Virus record (IMG/VR): IMGVR_UViG_3300010371_000007
Span: 1 to 57,735 of that record
DNA length: 57,735 nucleotides
Direction: 5' to 3' (one strand)
Source: a virus
Taxonomy: Duplodnaviria; Caudoviricetes
Each line of letters begins with the position of its first letter. Within the stretch, counting starts at the first letter, position 1. Below the pieces are notes generated by a model. The model was not told the origin of the DNA and ran no database searches. It saw nothing but the letters and a program-made list of their open reading frames with translations. The position numbers and the translations under genes were made by a program. Positions 1 through 9,295 of this stretch are shown here, piece after piece.

Positions 1-123
1 ACAGCCATCTAGTCTTTTGTTTTTGCGTTGTAGAACGCCACAGTCATTTAACTTATCATCACCCGCCTGCCGCTGAGTTACCGACCCGGTAACTTCGGCG
101 GACTAGCGCGCTCAAACCGCAGG
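1..123. repeat. Direct terminal repeat / circular overlap, left copy
   Basis: Bases 1-123 are identical to 57613-57735. Confidence 0.95.
77..93. promoter_or_regulatory. 17-bp palindrome copy 1 (GTTACCGACCCGGTAAC)
   Basis: Read directly; the stem can extend to about 70-101 with one bulge. Confidence 0.85.
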
Positions 124-127
124 TACG

Positions 128-228
128 AAAAAGCCCCGACACCCCTAGCTCTTGGACTCAGAGACTCAGGGTGACGGGGCCGACTCGCGCCCAGCAAAAA
201 GCCCCGACACCTTGTGTGGTGCCGGGGC
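128..228 (-). terminator. Two tandem intrinsic terminators downstream of 243..986
   Basis: GC hairpins at 133-180 and 201-228, each preceded on + by AAAAA (U-tract on -). Both start with the same 16-mer AAAAAGCCCCGACACC (128-143, 196-211). Confidence 0.7.
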
Positions 229-242
229 CAGATTCGCACCAC

Positions 243-986
243 TTAATCCGCCGGGCGCAGCGCCTTGATCGCATCCGCCGCGGCCTCGATCGCCTCGCGC
301 GCGTCACTCACCTTGCGCAGCAGCTTGGCACTCACGTCGATCTTGCCCAGCTGTTCGAGCATGTCGCCGAGGGACAACAGCGCCAGCGATGCAAAGGCGC
401 CCATGGTTTCCGCCTTGCCGACCCGGTGCTGCGCGCCGCGCGGCGCAGGCTTCACCGGCGCGGCCGCTTCGCGCGCTTCGGTCGCCGCCTTGTTGAGCGC
501 CTTTTTCAGCGCCTCGCCCTTCAGGTTCGCGGACTTGATCGCACCCGCCAGTTCCTTTGCCTTGCGCAGCACGCGCAGCACGTTCGCGCGACGGTCGACG
601 CCATGGCTCGCGGCCTCGTCGATCATCCGCGCGGTGAGCTGGGCGACGAACGCGCAGCGCACCTTCCACGCGGAATTGAACTCGCTCGCGCGGATCTTGG
701 CGTCACTGCGCGCGCCGAACTGGCCCGGCGTCACGGCCCCGTGGATACACGCGCGGAACACGTCGACCGCCGCGCCGCGCATGTTGCCTTCGGCCGCGAG
801 GAACGCATCGACCACAGACTGGGCGACGGGCGGCGCGGCTTTCTTGTCGGCCCCGGCCAGCTTGGCCTTGCCTTCGGCATCGGTGATGGCAGGGATGACG
901 GTCACCGGCGCAGGGGTCGCGGGGATGGCGGCGGCCACGGCAACAGCGGTGGCGGACTTGCGGGGGGCTTTCTTGGAAATGGACAT
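243..986 (-). CDS. Ala/Lys-rich basic helical protein (247 aa), candidate DNA-binding or regulatory protein
   Basis: ATG at 986 with GGAG RBS, own sigma70-like promoter and double terminator; function inferred from composition and context only. Confidence 0.75.
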   Translation of the reverse strand: MSISKKAPRKSATAVAVAAAIPATPAPVTVIPAITDAEGKAKLAGADKKAAPPVAQSVVDAFLAAEGNMRGAAVDVFRACIHGAVTPGQFGARSDAKIRASEFNSAWKVRCAFVAQLTARMIDEAASHGVDRRANVLRVLRKAKELAGAIKSANLKGEALKKALNKAATEAREAAAPVKPAPRGAQHRVGKAETMGAFASLALLSLGDMLEQLGKIDVSAKLLRKVSDAREAIEAAADAIKALRPAD

Positions 987-1040
987 GGCAGTTCTCCAGC
1001 GAATGGGTGCAGGGCATGCGGGATTGCATGCTGCGGAGTG

Positions 1041-1070
1041 ATTGTAACACGTAGGGACTATTCCCTGCAA
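1041..1070 (-). promoter_or_regulatory. Sigma70-type promoter for 243..986
   Basis: TTGCAG-N18-TACAAT with extended -10 TG on the minus strand. Confidence 0.7.
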
Positions 1071-1087
1071 GTTACCGGGTCGGTAAC
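1071..1087. promoter_or_regulatory. 17-bp palindrome copy 2 (GTTACCGGGTCGGTAAC), abutting the -35 box
   Basis: Read directly. Confidence 0.85.
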
Positions 1088-1349
1088 TCCGCTGGCCCCG
1101 TGGGCGCTTCGCGCGGCGGTTTGAGGGGGTAGGGGCTGGGTGGCGCGGGGCATCCGGGAACCTTGGACGGTCATGCCACCCATCCCCTTCACCCCTCCCC
1201 GTTTTGCAGGTAAGCCTCCACATACCATGTAACTTTCACAACCAAAAATTTCCAGGAAAAATTCCTGAGCGCCTCCCGCTGGAACCCAACCCCGTCCACA
1301 CCGTACACTTCAGCAACCCCGGCCCGCGGGGCTGACCGGGAGAATCCTC

Positions 1350-2303
1350 ATGGCACAAACAACCATCTTGGCGGCAGGGAATGCCGCGGCGTCAAGCGCT
1401 TCCGTCGCGGTCGCTGCGGGCGCGAAAGTCACCGTGGGACTGTTCGTGGCGGCGGGGGGCATACCCTCCAATGCCCAGTTCCAAGTCGTCGAGACCACAC
1501 CGGGCGCGGACCTGCCGCTTCCACTGGTGCTCTCGCCGTCCAGTCCGCGGATCGTGCTCGACAGCCCCGGCACCTACAAGGTGAACCGCATCACGGGTGG
1601 TTCGGCGCTGGCGCGCGGCGCCGTGCCCGATGGTCACTGGTTCTACCGCGTGACCGCGGTGAACGCGCAAGGCGAGTCGCTGCCATCGAACGAGCAGGCA
1701 GTGGCGCTGCCCGAGTCGAACAACACGGTGACCGTCAGTTGGGCCGCGGTCACCGGAGCGGTGACGTACAACGTGTACCGCGGTACGGCAGCAGGTGGTG
1801 AGTCGATGGTCGCCACGGGGGTCGCAGGCACCTCTTACGTGGACACGAACGCGATGGTGGCGGGTACGCCGCCGGCGGCCAACACCAGTGCGCTGCCCGC
1901 ACCCGTGCAGGCAGCGAGCAGTACGGCGACGGCCGGCGGCGCGCTTGCCGCGGGGACGTACTACTACGTGGTCACCGCGACCAACGCGTTGGGCGAGACG
2001 CTCAAGTCCAACGAACAGTCACAGGTGACCACGGGGTCGGCCTCGACCGTGACCGTGAATTGGGCGCTCGTGCCGGGGGCGACGGGATACAAGATCTATC
2101 GCGGCACCGTGGCAGGCGCGGAAGGGACGTTCTTCACGGTAGGCGCCGTGGCGACGTTCACGGACACCGGTGCGGCGGGGACCGCCGGGACACCGCCGGT
2201 AGCGAACACGACGGGGCTCGTCACGCCGGTGCAGGCGGCGCTGGTGACCGCGACGCCCGGTGTGGTCACGCCGGCCAGCGTAGGGGTGTTCACCGAGAGC
2301 TGA
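1350..2303 (+). CDS. Virion decoration-type protein with two fibronectin-III-like repeats
   Basis: Duplicated Y-x-VTA-x-N-x-x-GE...TVTV-x-W...GA-x-x-Y-x-(V/I)YRG units; GGAG RBS. Confidence 0.7.
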   Translation: MAQTTILAAGNAAASSASVAVAAGAKVTVGLFVAAGGIPSNAQFQVVETTPGADLPLPLVLSPSSPRIVLDSPGTYKVNRITGGSALARGAVPDGHWFYRVTAVNAQGESLPSNEQAVALPESNNTVTVSWAAVTGAVTYNVYRGTAAGGESMVATGVAGTSYVDTNAMVAGTPPAANTSALPAPVQAASSTATAGGALAAGTYYYVVTATNALGETLKSNEQSQVTTGSASTVTVNWALVPGATGYKIYRGTVAGAEGTFFTVGAVATFTDTGAAGTAGTPPVANTTGLVTPVQAALVTATPGVVTPASVGVFTES

Positions 2304-2324
2304 TGGGTAGCTCCGGGGGCACGG

Positions 2325-4301
2325 ATGCCCTACACTATGCTGAACCTCGACTGGAGCACCCCGATGACCTTGCCCACCACTTGGCCGACCGTGCCCGTGT
2401 TCGGCACTTACCTGCGCGTCGATGGCACGCCGAACGAAGGGTCCGTCTGGTTCGAGACTTCACAGCGCGTGGTGGTGCTCGACGAGAATGGGCTGACGAT
2501 CGGCGTGGTGCCGCGCCGGATCATCGCGAACCTCGACGCGACGGGCCACTTCATGCTGGACCTACCCTGCACCGACGCCGGCGCGCAGCCGACCGGGTGG
2601 ACGTGGCAGGTCTATGAACGGTTCAACAGCGGCCAGCCTGTGTACAGCATCGAGGTGCCGCAGGCGCTGGCGGCGCAGGGGATCAACCTCGCGCAGTACC
2701 CGCATGCTGTGCCCGTGCCCGTGGCGCCGCCCGTGGTGTCGTACCTGACTACGGCCGACATCGGCGTGACTGTCGCCGATCAGGTGGGTGTGAACACCGC
2801 GATCAGTACGGCGAATGCCGCCTCGACCACGGCGAGTGCCGCGCAGGCGGCGGCAGGGGACGCGGTGACCACGGCGAATGCGGCGAGTGCGACCGCGAAC
2901 GCGATCGACGGGAAAGCGCAGTCGGCACTGGACAACAGCAACGCCGCGGTGACCACGGCGAACACGGCGAGCGCGACCGCCACGGCAGCGCAGAACACGG
3001 CGAACGCGATCGATGGGAAGGCGCAGTCGGCGTTGGACAACAGCAACGCCGCGGTGACCACGGCGAACGCGGCGAGTGCGACCGCCAACGCGATCGACGG
3101 GAAGGCGCAGTCGGCGCTGGACAACAGCAACGCGGCGGTGACCACGGCGAACGCGGCGAGTGCGACCGCCACGGCGGCGAGCAACACGGCGAACGCGATC
3201 TTGCCGATCACGACAGCGAAGATGCTGGGCACCGGGTCGACCGCCGGTCAGGTGCCCGTGTCACAGGGTGCGGCGTCCGCGCCGGCGTGGGGATGGACGT
3301 CGCCCGGATTCAAGAACCTGCTGATAAACGGGAACTTCGACTTCTGGCAACGCGGAACATCTTGGGCGGCTTATGCAAACAGTATTTATACAGCGGATCG
3401 TTGGATCGACCGCAGCGCCGGCACAACCATCGCGCCAAGTAGGCAGTCGTTCGCCACGGGTCAAACCGCAGTGCCGAATGGTCCCGCTTATTTTCATCGC
3501 GCGGTTATTGCGTCTGTTGCGGGTGCTAGCAATTACGCTCGCAGTGAATACCGCATGGAGGGTGTTGCGCCATCGGCGGGTCAAATCTGTACGCTTAGTT
3601 TTTGGGCCAAGGCAGATGCGCCCAAGAAGCTAGCGACAGAATTCGCACAATACTTCGGCTCGGGGGGCGCCCCGTCAGCACCCGCGCTACAGATAGGTGT
3701 AACCCAGTTCAGCCTGACGACAGCGTGGCAGAAGTTTTCAGCTACCATTGTAATGCCGTCCATTGCCGGAGCAACGATGGGGACCAATGGCGATGACACT
3801 TTGCGATTTTGGTTTTGGTACGATGCGGGTTCGACATTCAACGTTGACACGGGAACGATGGGCCAGCAGTCCGGCACGTTCGATATTGCGCAGGTACAGC
3901 TGGAAGTGGGGAGCGTGCCGACGCCGTTCGAGATGCGTCCATTCGGGTTGGAGTTGTCTTTGTGCCAGCGGTATTTCGAGAAGTCTTACGACGTGGGCAC
4001 GGCGCCCGGAACGAACACGACATTGGGGATCATGCAATTCTTTATGTCACCACTACCGTCAGCAACCTACACTGTTAATGTGGGCTCGATATTCAAAGTG
4101 GAGAAGCGCGCCGTGCCTAGCGTGACGCCGTATACGACAGCGGGGGTTTCAGGCAAAGTCAGAGACGCATTCGGGGGTGCGGATGTCACGCCTATTAGCT
4201 CGACTATCAGCACAAAGACATTCTCTTTTGGTGCTGTCACGACAGCAGCCATGACGGCGATTAATATGCAGGGTCATTGGACAGCAGACGCGGAGCTTTG
4301 A
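2325..4301 (+). CDS. Tail fibre / receptor-binding protein
   Basis: Ala/Thr/Asn coiled repeats followed by a C-terminal module with KNLLINGNFDFWQRG...ADRW and ELSLCQRYFEK, typical of phage fibre tips. Confidence 0.8.
   Translation: MPYTMLNLDWSTPMTLPTTWPTVPVFGTYLRVDGTPNEGSVWFETSQRVVVLDENGLTIGVVPRRIIANLDATGHFMLDLPCTDAGAQPTGWTWQVYERFNSGQPVYSIEVPQALAAQGINLAQYPHAVPVPVAPPVVSYLTTADIGVTVADQVGVNTAISTANAASTTASAAQAAAGDAVTTANAASATANAIDGKAQSALDNSNAAVTTANTASATATAAQNTANAIDGKAQSALDNSNAAVTTANAASATANAIDGKAQSALDNSNAAVTTANAASATATAASNTANAILPITTAKMLGTGSTAGQVPVSQGAASAPAWGWTSPGFKNLLINGNFDFWQRGTSWAAYANSIYTADRWIDRSAGTTIAPSRQSFATGQTAVPNGPAYFHRAVIASVAGASNYARSEYRMEGVAPSAGQICTLSFWAKADAPKKLATEFAQYFGSGGAPSAPALQIGVTQFSLTTAWQKFSATIVMPSIAGATMGTNGDDTLRFWFWYDAGSTFNVDTGTMGQQSGTFDIAQVQLEVGSVPTPFEMRPFGLELSLCQRYFEKSYDVGTAPGTNTTLGIMQFFMSPLPSATYTVNVGSIFKVEKRAVPSVTPYTTAGVSGKVRDAFGGADVTPISSTISTKTFSFGAVTTAAMTAINMQGHWTADAEL
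2862..3200 (+). repeat. Three near-identical repeats coding NAIDGKAQSALDNSNAAVTTAN in the fibre shaft
   Basis: DNA units of about 69 bp at about 2895, 3000 and 3084. Confidence 0.85.
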
Positions 4302-4303
4302 CC

Positions 4304-4735
4304 ATGTATCAGCAAACCACTAATCCTGATGTGATTTTCGACACCGACACTGGCGCATTCATTCCGCGTGGAAACCCACAGTGGCCGGAGGACGAATCCA
4401 CGATCCAGCCGTTGCCACCGCCCACCGTCGCTGACATCGTGGCGCGGTTCCTACCGCAGCTGCAGTCGTGGGTCGATGGGGTCGCGAAGCAGAACGGCTA
4501 CGACACGGCGCTGTCCTGTATCAGCTACGTGGGCAGCAGCGTGACGCAGTGGGACACCGACGCCAAGGCCATGCTCGCGTACCGTGACGCGCTCTGGACG
4601 TGGGCCTACGGCCAGCAGGCGACGCTTGCGGCGATGGCACCTGCAGCACTGGCCGCGCTCACTGTGGACGAGATCCTCGCGCAGGCGCCGAAAGCTGCGG
4701 ATAGCGGGTGGGTCGTGCATGGAGGTGCACCGTGA
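4304..4735 (+). CDS. Tail fibre assembly/chaperone-like protein
   Basis: Directly after the fibre gene; GAFIP...NP-W and GYD...SY...W...A...RD..W pattern. Confidence 0.55.
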   Translation: MYQQTTNPDVIFDTDTGAFIPRGNPQWPEDESTIQPLPPPTVADIVARFLPQLQSWVDGVAKQNGYDTALSCISYVGSSVTQWDTDAKAMLAYRDALWTWAYGQQATLAAMAPAALAALTVDEILAQAPKAADSGWVVHGGAP

Positions 4736-5022
4736 AGTCACGCCTGACGCTCCTCTTGCTGTTCCCCATGATCGCCGCTGGCGCTGCACTGGCGCTCGTG
4801 CGGTATCTGCTCTGTGTGTTCCGCGTGCCGGCGAAGGGCATGCGCATCGCCGTGGAGATCGACGAGGCGGTGAACGTGGCGGCGAACGGTCGCAGCGACG
4901 AGACGGTGAGCCTGCGCGCGGCGAAGGCACAGGTCGCCGGACGACGGTGGGGGTGCGTGCTATGCCGTCTGATGGACGTTGTGGCGCCCGGCCACTGCGC
5001 CGACCAGCTGAAAGGAGAGTGA
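4732..5022 (+). CDS. Small phage protein with N-terminal hydrophobic segment
   Basis: GTG overlaps the upstream stop, GGAGG RBS; DETVS-R...W...LC...HC pattern. Confidence 0.65.
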   Translation: MKSRLTLLLLFPMIAAGAALALVRYLLCVFRVPAKGMRIAVEIDEAVNVAANGRSDETVSLRAAKAQVAGRRWGCVLCRLMDVVAPGHCADQLKGE

Positions 5023-5023
5023 C

Positions 5024-5509
5024 GTGCTGACGCTACCGACAACCGTCGACGCCGTGCTGGCACAGGTCTGGCGCCCCGCCATGGCGATATTGCCGCCGCT
5101 CGTGCGGTCCGGACGCGCCGATGTGATCGGTCTGGCGATCGGCGGTCAGGAGTCGGGGTATCGGACGCGCGTCCAGACGGGCGGTGGACCGGCGCGGTCG
5201 TTCTGGCAGTTCGAGCGGGGCGGCATCCGCGGCGTGCTCAGCGACCAAACCAGTCGAGCCATGGCCGTTGCCGCATGCACCGAGTTGGGCGTCATGCCGA
5301 CCGTCGACACCGTGTACGTGGCGATGGAGACCAACGACCTGCTGGGTGCCGTGTTCGCCCGTTTGCTGCTCTGGACTGACCCTTTGCCGCTCCCCACTGA
5401 CCCGGCTGGTGCGTATGCGCTCTATCTGCGACTATGGCGGCCGGGGAAGCCAGATGACAGTCGATGGCCACCGGCCTATAAGGCTGCGCTTCATGCACTT
5501 GCCGATTGA
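5024..5509 (+). CDS. Putative endolysin (lysozyme-like fold)
   Basis: QESG...GPARSFWQFE motif resembles lysozyme/transglycosylase catalytic Glu and G-x-x-Q motifs; upstream of membrane proteins and spanins. Confidence 0.6.
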   Translation: MLTLPTTVDAVLAQVWRPAMAILPPLVRSGRADVIGLAIGGQESGYRTRVQTGGGPARSFWQFERGGIRGVLSDQTSRAMAVAACTELGVMPTVDTVYVAMETNDLLGAVFARLLLWTDPLPLPTDPAGAYALYLRLWRPGKPDDSRWPPAYKAALHALAD

Positions 5510-5918
5510 TGTGAAAGCGACCTACGAAGGTATCCGATACGGTTCCACGATCGCCGTGCGCATGCTGCTGGCGATCGCGGCGACGCTGTATGCCGTGTTC
5601 ACCGCGGCAGCGCACGTGGTGCCGTCCGCCGACACGACCTATGTGCTGGTCTCCGGGTTCCGGCACTGGTGGGCGCTGGCGTTCGCGGTCGACGCCGCGT
5701 TCTTGTGGTGGCGCCTGTTCGACCCGCATGCGCGGCCAGCGTTCGCGGCTGTGACCAACATCGCGACATTCGGGTTGTGGGTTGGCGTCACGGGCGGTAC
5801 GATCCTCACTGCCCCCCATGTCGATCCCGACTTCGTGGGGTACATCATCACGTGCATCATGGCGCTCCATGCCGTGGTCCGCACGGATCTGACGCCGCGC
5901 GACCGGGAGACTGCATAG
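5493..5918 (+). CDS. Multi-pass membrane protein, holin candidate
   Basis: About 4 hydrophobic segments; inside the lysis cassette. Confidence 0.55.
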   Translation: MHLPIDVKATYEGIRYGSTIAVRMLLAIAATLYAVFTAAAHVVPSADTTYVLVSGFRHWWALAFAVDAAFLWWRLFDPHARPAFAAVTNIATFGLWVGVTGGTILTAPHVDPDFVGYIITCIMALHAVVRTDLTPRDRETA

Positions 5919-5920
5919 TG

Positions 5921-6319
5921 ATGTTGCCGGCGCCTCCCAATCCCGACCTCAGCATCGATGTCGGGAAGATCATCGGTGGCGCTGTTCTTGTGGCAGGCGC
6001 CGCATGGGGCGTCATCCGGAGGTGGTCGGCGAACCGCCGTGTCGATGGTGTCGCCGACGCGCAGGCTGCGGTGCAGGTGGACTCGTTTCAGGCGTACAGC
6101 CAGACGATCACCATGCTCAACACCATGGTGAAGCAGCTGCGTGACGAGCACGAGAGCGCCAGTGCGAAATGGCGTGCCGACATGGACGCACTCGACGCAC
6201 GGCTGAAACAGGTTTCCGATCAGGTCGACTCCGCGATCCGCCGCGCGCGGCAGGCCGAAGACCTCGTTGACAAGCTGCGCGCCCAGCTGCGCGCGGCGAA
6301 TATGGAGCCCGCCGCATGA
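5921..6319 (+). CDS. Single-TM coiled-coil protein (holin/antiholin-like)
   Basis: N-terminal TM (IIGGAVLVAGAAWGVI) then heptad repeats; GGGAG RBS. Confidence 0.55.
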   Translation: MLPAPPNPDLSIDVGKIIGGAVLVAGAAWGVIRRWSANRRVDGVADAQAAVQVDSFQAYSQTITMLNTMVKQLRDEHESASAKWRADMDALDARLKQVSDQVDSAIRRARQAEDLVDKLRAQLRAANMEPAA

Positions 6320-6753
6320 CCTCGCAGATCAAACTCGCCATCGTGGCCATCGCGTTCGTGATCGGCGCGATTGTCGGTTCCGGCCTGTGCACGCTGATCC
6401 ACCGCGCCAGCGCTGCCGCCGACCTGAAGGCGCAGATCGACCACGACCAGAAAGTGATGGACCAGCGGATCGAGGACGAGCGCGCTGCAGCGAAACGGAT
6501 CGCGAACCAGCTGGATCAGGAGCGCAGCAAGACGTCCACACTGAACAGCCAGCTGGCCGACCTGCGTACGACGAACCAGACCCTCACGGAGAAGATCAGC
6601 CATGTCGACTTCCATCCCGCGCCGCAGGTGGCCCCGAGTCATCCTGCAGTGGTGTGCCCCGGTCATCCTGTGGCTTCTCCTGAGTTCCTGCAGCTCTACG
6701 ACGCCGCGGCCGGTGCCACCGGTGGCGCAGCCCACGGTGCCGGTCCCGGCTGA
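6316..6753 (+). CDS. i-spanin (Rz-like)
   Basis: N-terminal TM, coiled coil and C-terminal Cys; overlapped by a lipoprotein ORF. Confidence 0.75.
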   Translation: MTSQIKLAIVAIAFVIGAIVGSGLCTLIHRASAAADLKAQIDHDQKVMDQRIEDERAAAKRIANQLDQERSKTSTLNSQLADLRTTNQTLTEKISHVDFHPAPQVAPSHPAVVCPGHPVASPEFLQLYDAAAGATGGAAHGAGPG

Positions 6754-6928
6754 GTGCCTGAAGTCTGCGCTGGAGGCGACGCCGGCGCTGCTGTCGCGCC
6801 TGCCCGGCGGCTACCTGCTGCTCGCGCCCGACGCGCAGGCACGGGCGATCCTGACCAGCAAGGCGGCAGACGCACAGGCATACGGTACGCTGCGTGTCGT
6901 GGCGATCCGCTGCGCACCGGAGAAGTGA
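6602..6928 (+). CDS. o-spanin (Rz1-like lipoprotein), overlapping the i-spanin
   Basis: Lipobox LLLSS-C followed by a Pro-rich linker; GGAG RBS; alternate frame. Confidence 0.75.
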   Translation: MSTSIPRRRWPRVILQWCAPVILWLLLSSCSSTTPRPVPPVAQPTVPVPAECLKSALEATPALLSRLPGGYLLLAPDAQARAILTSKAADAQAYGTLRVVAIRCAPEK

Positions 6929-6929
6929 C

Positions 6930-7268
6930 ATGGACACTCCCACGCCGATCCGCCCTGATGCCACGGGCAAGCTGATCCCCTCCCTTCGCGATGTCGTTGG
7001 TCGGTTGCGCCACATGGCGGATGTGATCGAGCGTGGAGATTACGGCGTCGACAGCGATGGCGACCCCGTGTCGGTACGCACGTTGCTGGTGACCACCTAC
7101 AGCAACAATGGCGAGATCCGACTGCATGCGTTCGGCGAAGCCTGCACCATGAAAACACAGGTGGTGGGTATCCTCGCGCTGGCACAGCGGACGTTCACCG
7201 AAGGGGAAGGCGACATCTCCCGCGGCGAAATTTTCGACGACAAGTCGGATGTCGTCCCGATCAGGTGA
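6930..7268 (+). CDS. Hypothetical protein (112 aa)
   Basis: GGAG RBS; converges on and overlaps the terminase stop. Confidence 0.6.
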   Translation: MDTPTPIRPDATGKLIPSLRDVVGRLRHMADVIERGDYGVDSDGDPVSVRTLLVTTYSNNGEIRLHAFGEACTMKTQVVGILALAQRTFTEGEGDISRGEIFDDKSDVVPIR

Positions 7269-8697
7269 ACGCCTTGAGGCTGCGCCGCACCTGCGTGCGC
7301 TTCACGCCACCCCCGAACAGCGCGCTGCGGTTGACGCCGCCGGCGACCAGCGCGGCGTACTGCAAGGTGTCCTGAAGGTCCGACACGGGGTGCTTCTTCT
7401 CGGGCCGGTCTTCCAGCTCGCCGTTGCGCTTCGTGCGGAACCGGTACTCGCTGGTCAGGCCGCGGATCAGTTCCTTGCACCCGGGGTCGATCAGTAGGCC
7501 ATCGCTGCGCTGCAGCGTGCGCTCGACGGCTTCGATGCGCCGCATGATGTCGTTGGTAGGCGCCGGCATGACGGCGAAGCCCATGCGCTTCAGCACCTCG
7601 GCGGGCGACAGGTCGTTGATCTGTGACTTCTGGAAGCCAGCGGGATCGATCACCAGCGTGCACGGCAGCCCGACGAACCCGCGCTCGGCGAGCGCCGGGC
7701 GCAGCACCTCGGTGCCGAACCGGTCCATGCCCATGTTCTGGCCGAACAGCTCGCGCAGGACGTACAGCGTGCCGCGGGGTTGTTGCTGGCAGATCAATGC
7801 TGCCGGGTTGCGCCCTTGGTCCACGGCGATCAGCAGGGAGGGCGAGAAGTCACCGAATTGCCATGTCTGCAGTGGGAGTTCGCTGACGTGCTGGTGGCGC
7901 TTGAACGTGCCGAGGTATACCGCCTTGCCATCGAGACTGGGCGGGTATTCGCACAGCACCATCGACTTCATCCAGTTCTCGGTCGCGCCCTCGGCCAGAT
8001 CCTCGTAGTAGCCCGGTGCGAGCCACTTCACGTTCTCCGCCATCGGGTTCGGCTCGAAGCCGCCGTCCTCTTTCCGCAGCATCGCTGGCGGCTGCATGAG
8101 TGGGTTCAGCCAGCTCGGGCGGTCGACCTCCAGCAGCTGGTGCCACTCGCTGCCTTCGATGGGCATGTTCGACTCGGCCAGCACGCCGTGCCACGTGCAG
8201 CCGCCGTCCTTCATGGAGGGGTAGCGCCCCATGCGCGAGCGCAGGTCGGTGAGCAGCTGGACGGGGATCTCGCGGAACTCGGACAGCCAGCCCGCGGTGT
8301 ACTCCACGGAGAGCAGCTTGCGGGCGTCGTCGGCGTCGTCGAGGGAACGGAACACCCATTCGCTGTAGACCTGCGTGCCGTCCTCCATGCGGTAGGAGAT
8401 GACCTGCGTCATGTCTGTCTCGCGCCAGAGGATGCTCGATCCGTTGGGCGGCAGCCAGTCGTGGACGGACTTCAGCACCGAGTCTTTCAACTGCTGCCTC
8501 GTGTTGCGGACCACGGCGAAGCGCGTGCGGCGGCGACCGCGTTCGTCGGCCTTCTGCGCGTTCATGATACTCAGCAGCGTCATGATGATGCCCACCGTCT
8601 TGCCGCCGCCGATCGGACCCAGCAGGGTCGACACGCGCGAATAGCGGTAGCTCAGCATGAGCTGCGCGACGGTCGGGCTGGCCTCGTAGGTCTTCAT
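7261..8697 (-). CDS. terL: Terminase large subunit
   Basis: Walker A GPIGGGKT, VVRNT motif, Walker B-like WLSE, RNase H-like IAVDQG and SDLQD. Confidence 0.9.
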   Translation of the reverse strand: MKTYEASPTVAQLMLSYRYSRVSTLLGPIGGGKTVGIIMTLLSIMNAQKADERGRRRTRFAVVRNTRQQLKDSVLKSVHDWLPPNGSSILWRETDMTQVISYRMEDGTQVYSEWVFRSLDDADDARKLLSVEYTAGWLSEFREIPVQLLTDLRSRMGRYPSMKDGGCTWHGVLAESNMPIEGSEWHQLLEVDRPSWLNPLMQPPAMLRKEDGGFEPNPMAENVKWLAPGYYEDLAEGATENWMKSMVLCEYPPSLDGKAVYLGTFKRHQHVSELPLQTWQFGDFSPSLLIAVDQGRNPAALICQQQPRGTLYVLRELFGQNMGMDRFGTEVLRPALAERGFVGLPCTLVIDPAGFQKSQINDLSPAEVLKRMGFAVMPAPTNDIMRRIEAVERTLQRSDGLLIDPGCKELIRGLTSEYRFRTKRNGELEDRPEKKHPVSDLQDTLQYAALVAGGVNRSALFGGGVKRTQVRRSLKAFT

Positions 8698-8701
8698 GCC
8701 G

Positions 8702-9238
8702 TCACTGCTCCGAGACCACGGGACCGATCACACGCGGCGAGGCGTTCCCGCCCGGCATGATGATCGTGATCAGTGGACCGGCGCCGGCTTGGCTGGCCTG
8801 CTGGTCCTTGTGGCGGGTGATGCCGGCGACGTCCGCCAGTGAGTCGAACGCGCCCTTGCGGATGTTCGGTGCGGTCTTGGGGTCGGCCATGATCGAGGCC
8901 ATGTCGAGCACGCCGCCCTCGTTGAGCGCCATGAGCGCCTTCAGGCGCACCTGATCGACAAGCCCGTTGGCGCTGTTCGCCTCGTCGCGCGCCTCCCCCA
9001 TGAGCTTCATGAAGTGGGGATGGAACTCCAGCACCTGCCACTGCTCGGGCGTCAGGCCCATGCCGATGGCCAGCTGCAGGGGTTGGTCCAGCCCGGCTAC
9101 AATGCGGCGCGCCAGCTCGCGAGCGTCGTACTGCAGGAATCGATCCGAGACGCCCACCGCGAGCGGAGAAGCGGCTGGAAGCGTGGTGGGACCCTCGATG
9201 GCCGCAGATGTCGGCGCAGGGGTGTTGGGAACGAACAT
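8702..9238 (-). CDS. Terminase small subunit candidate
   Basis: Directly upstream of terL, GAGGAG RBS, helical 178 aa with a beta-like C-terminus (PLITIIMP). Confidence 0.6.
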   Translation of the reverse strand: MFVPNTPAPTSAAIEGPTTLPAASPLAVGVSDRFLQYDARELARRIVAGLDQPLQLAIGMGLTPEQWQVLEFHPHFMKLMGEARDEANSANGLVDQVRLKALMALNEGGVLDMASIMADPKTAPNIRKGAFDSLADVAGITRHKDQQASQAGAGPLITIIMPGGNASPRVIGPVVSEQ

Positions 9239-9239
9239 G

Positions 9240-9270
9240 CTGACTCCTCGGGGTCGCGTCTGTATATTAC
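9240..9270. promoter_or_regulatory. Overlapping divergent promoter region between terS and portal
   Basis: Plus strand CTGACT-N17-TATATT; the same AT core reads TAATAT on the minus strand. Confidence 0.45.
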
Positions 9271-9295
9271 CCGGAACTCGGACGGAGACGACAAC

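Noticed and set aside
1-123. 123-bp repeat as a true biological terminal repeat
   Set aside because: It cannot be distinguished from an assembler circular overlap without reads.
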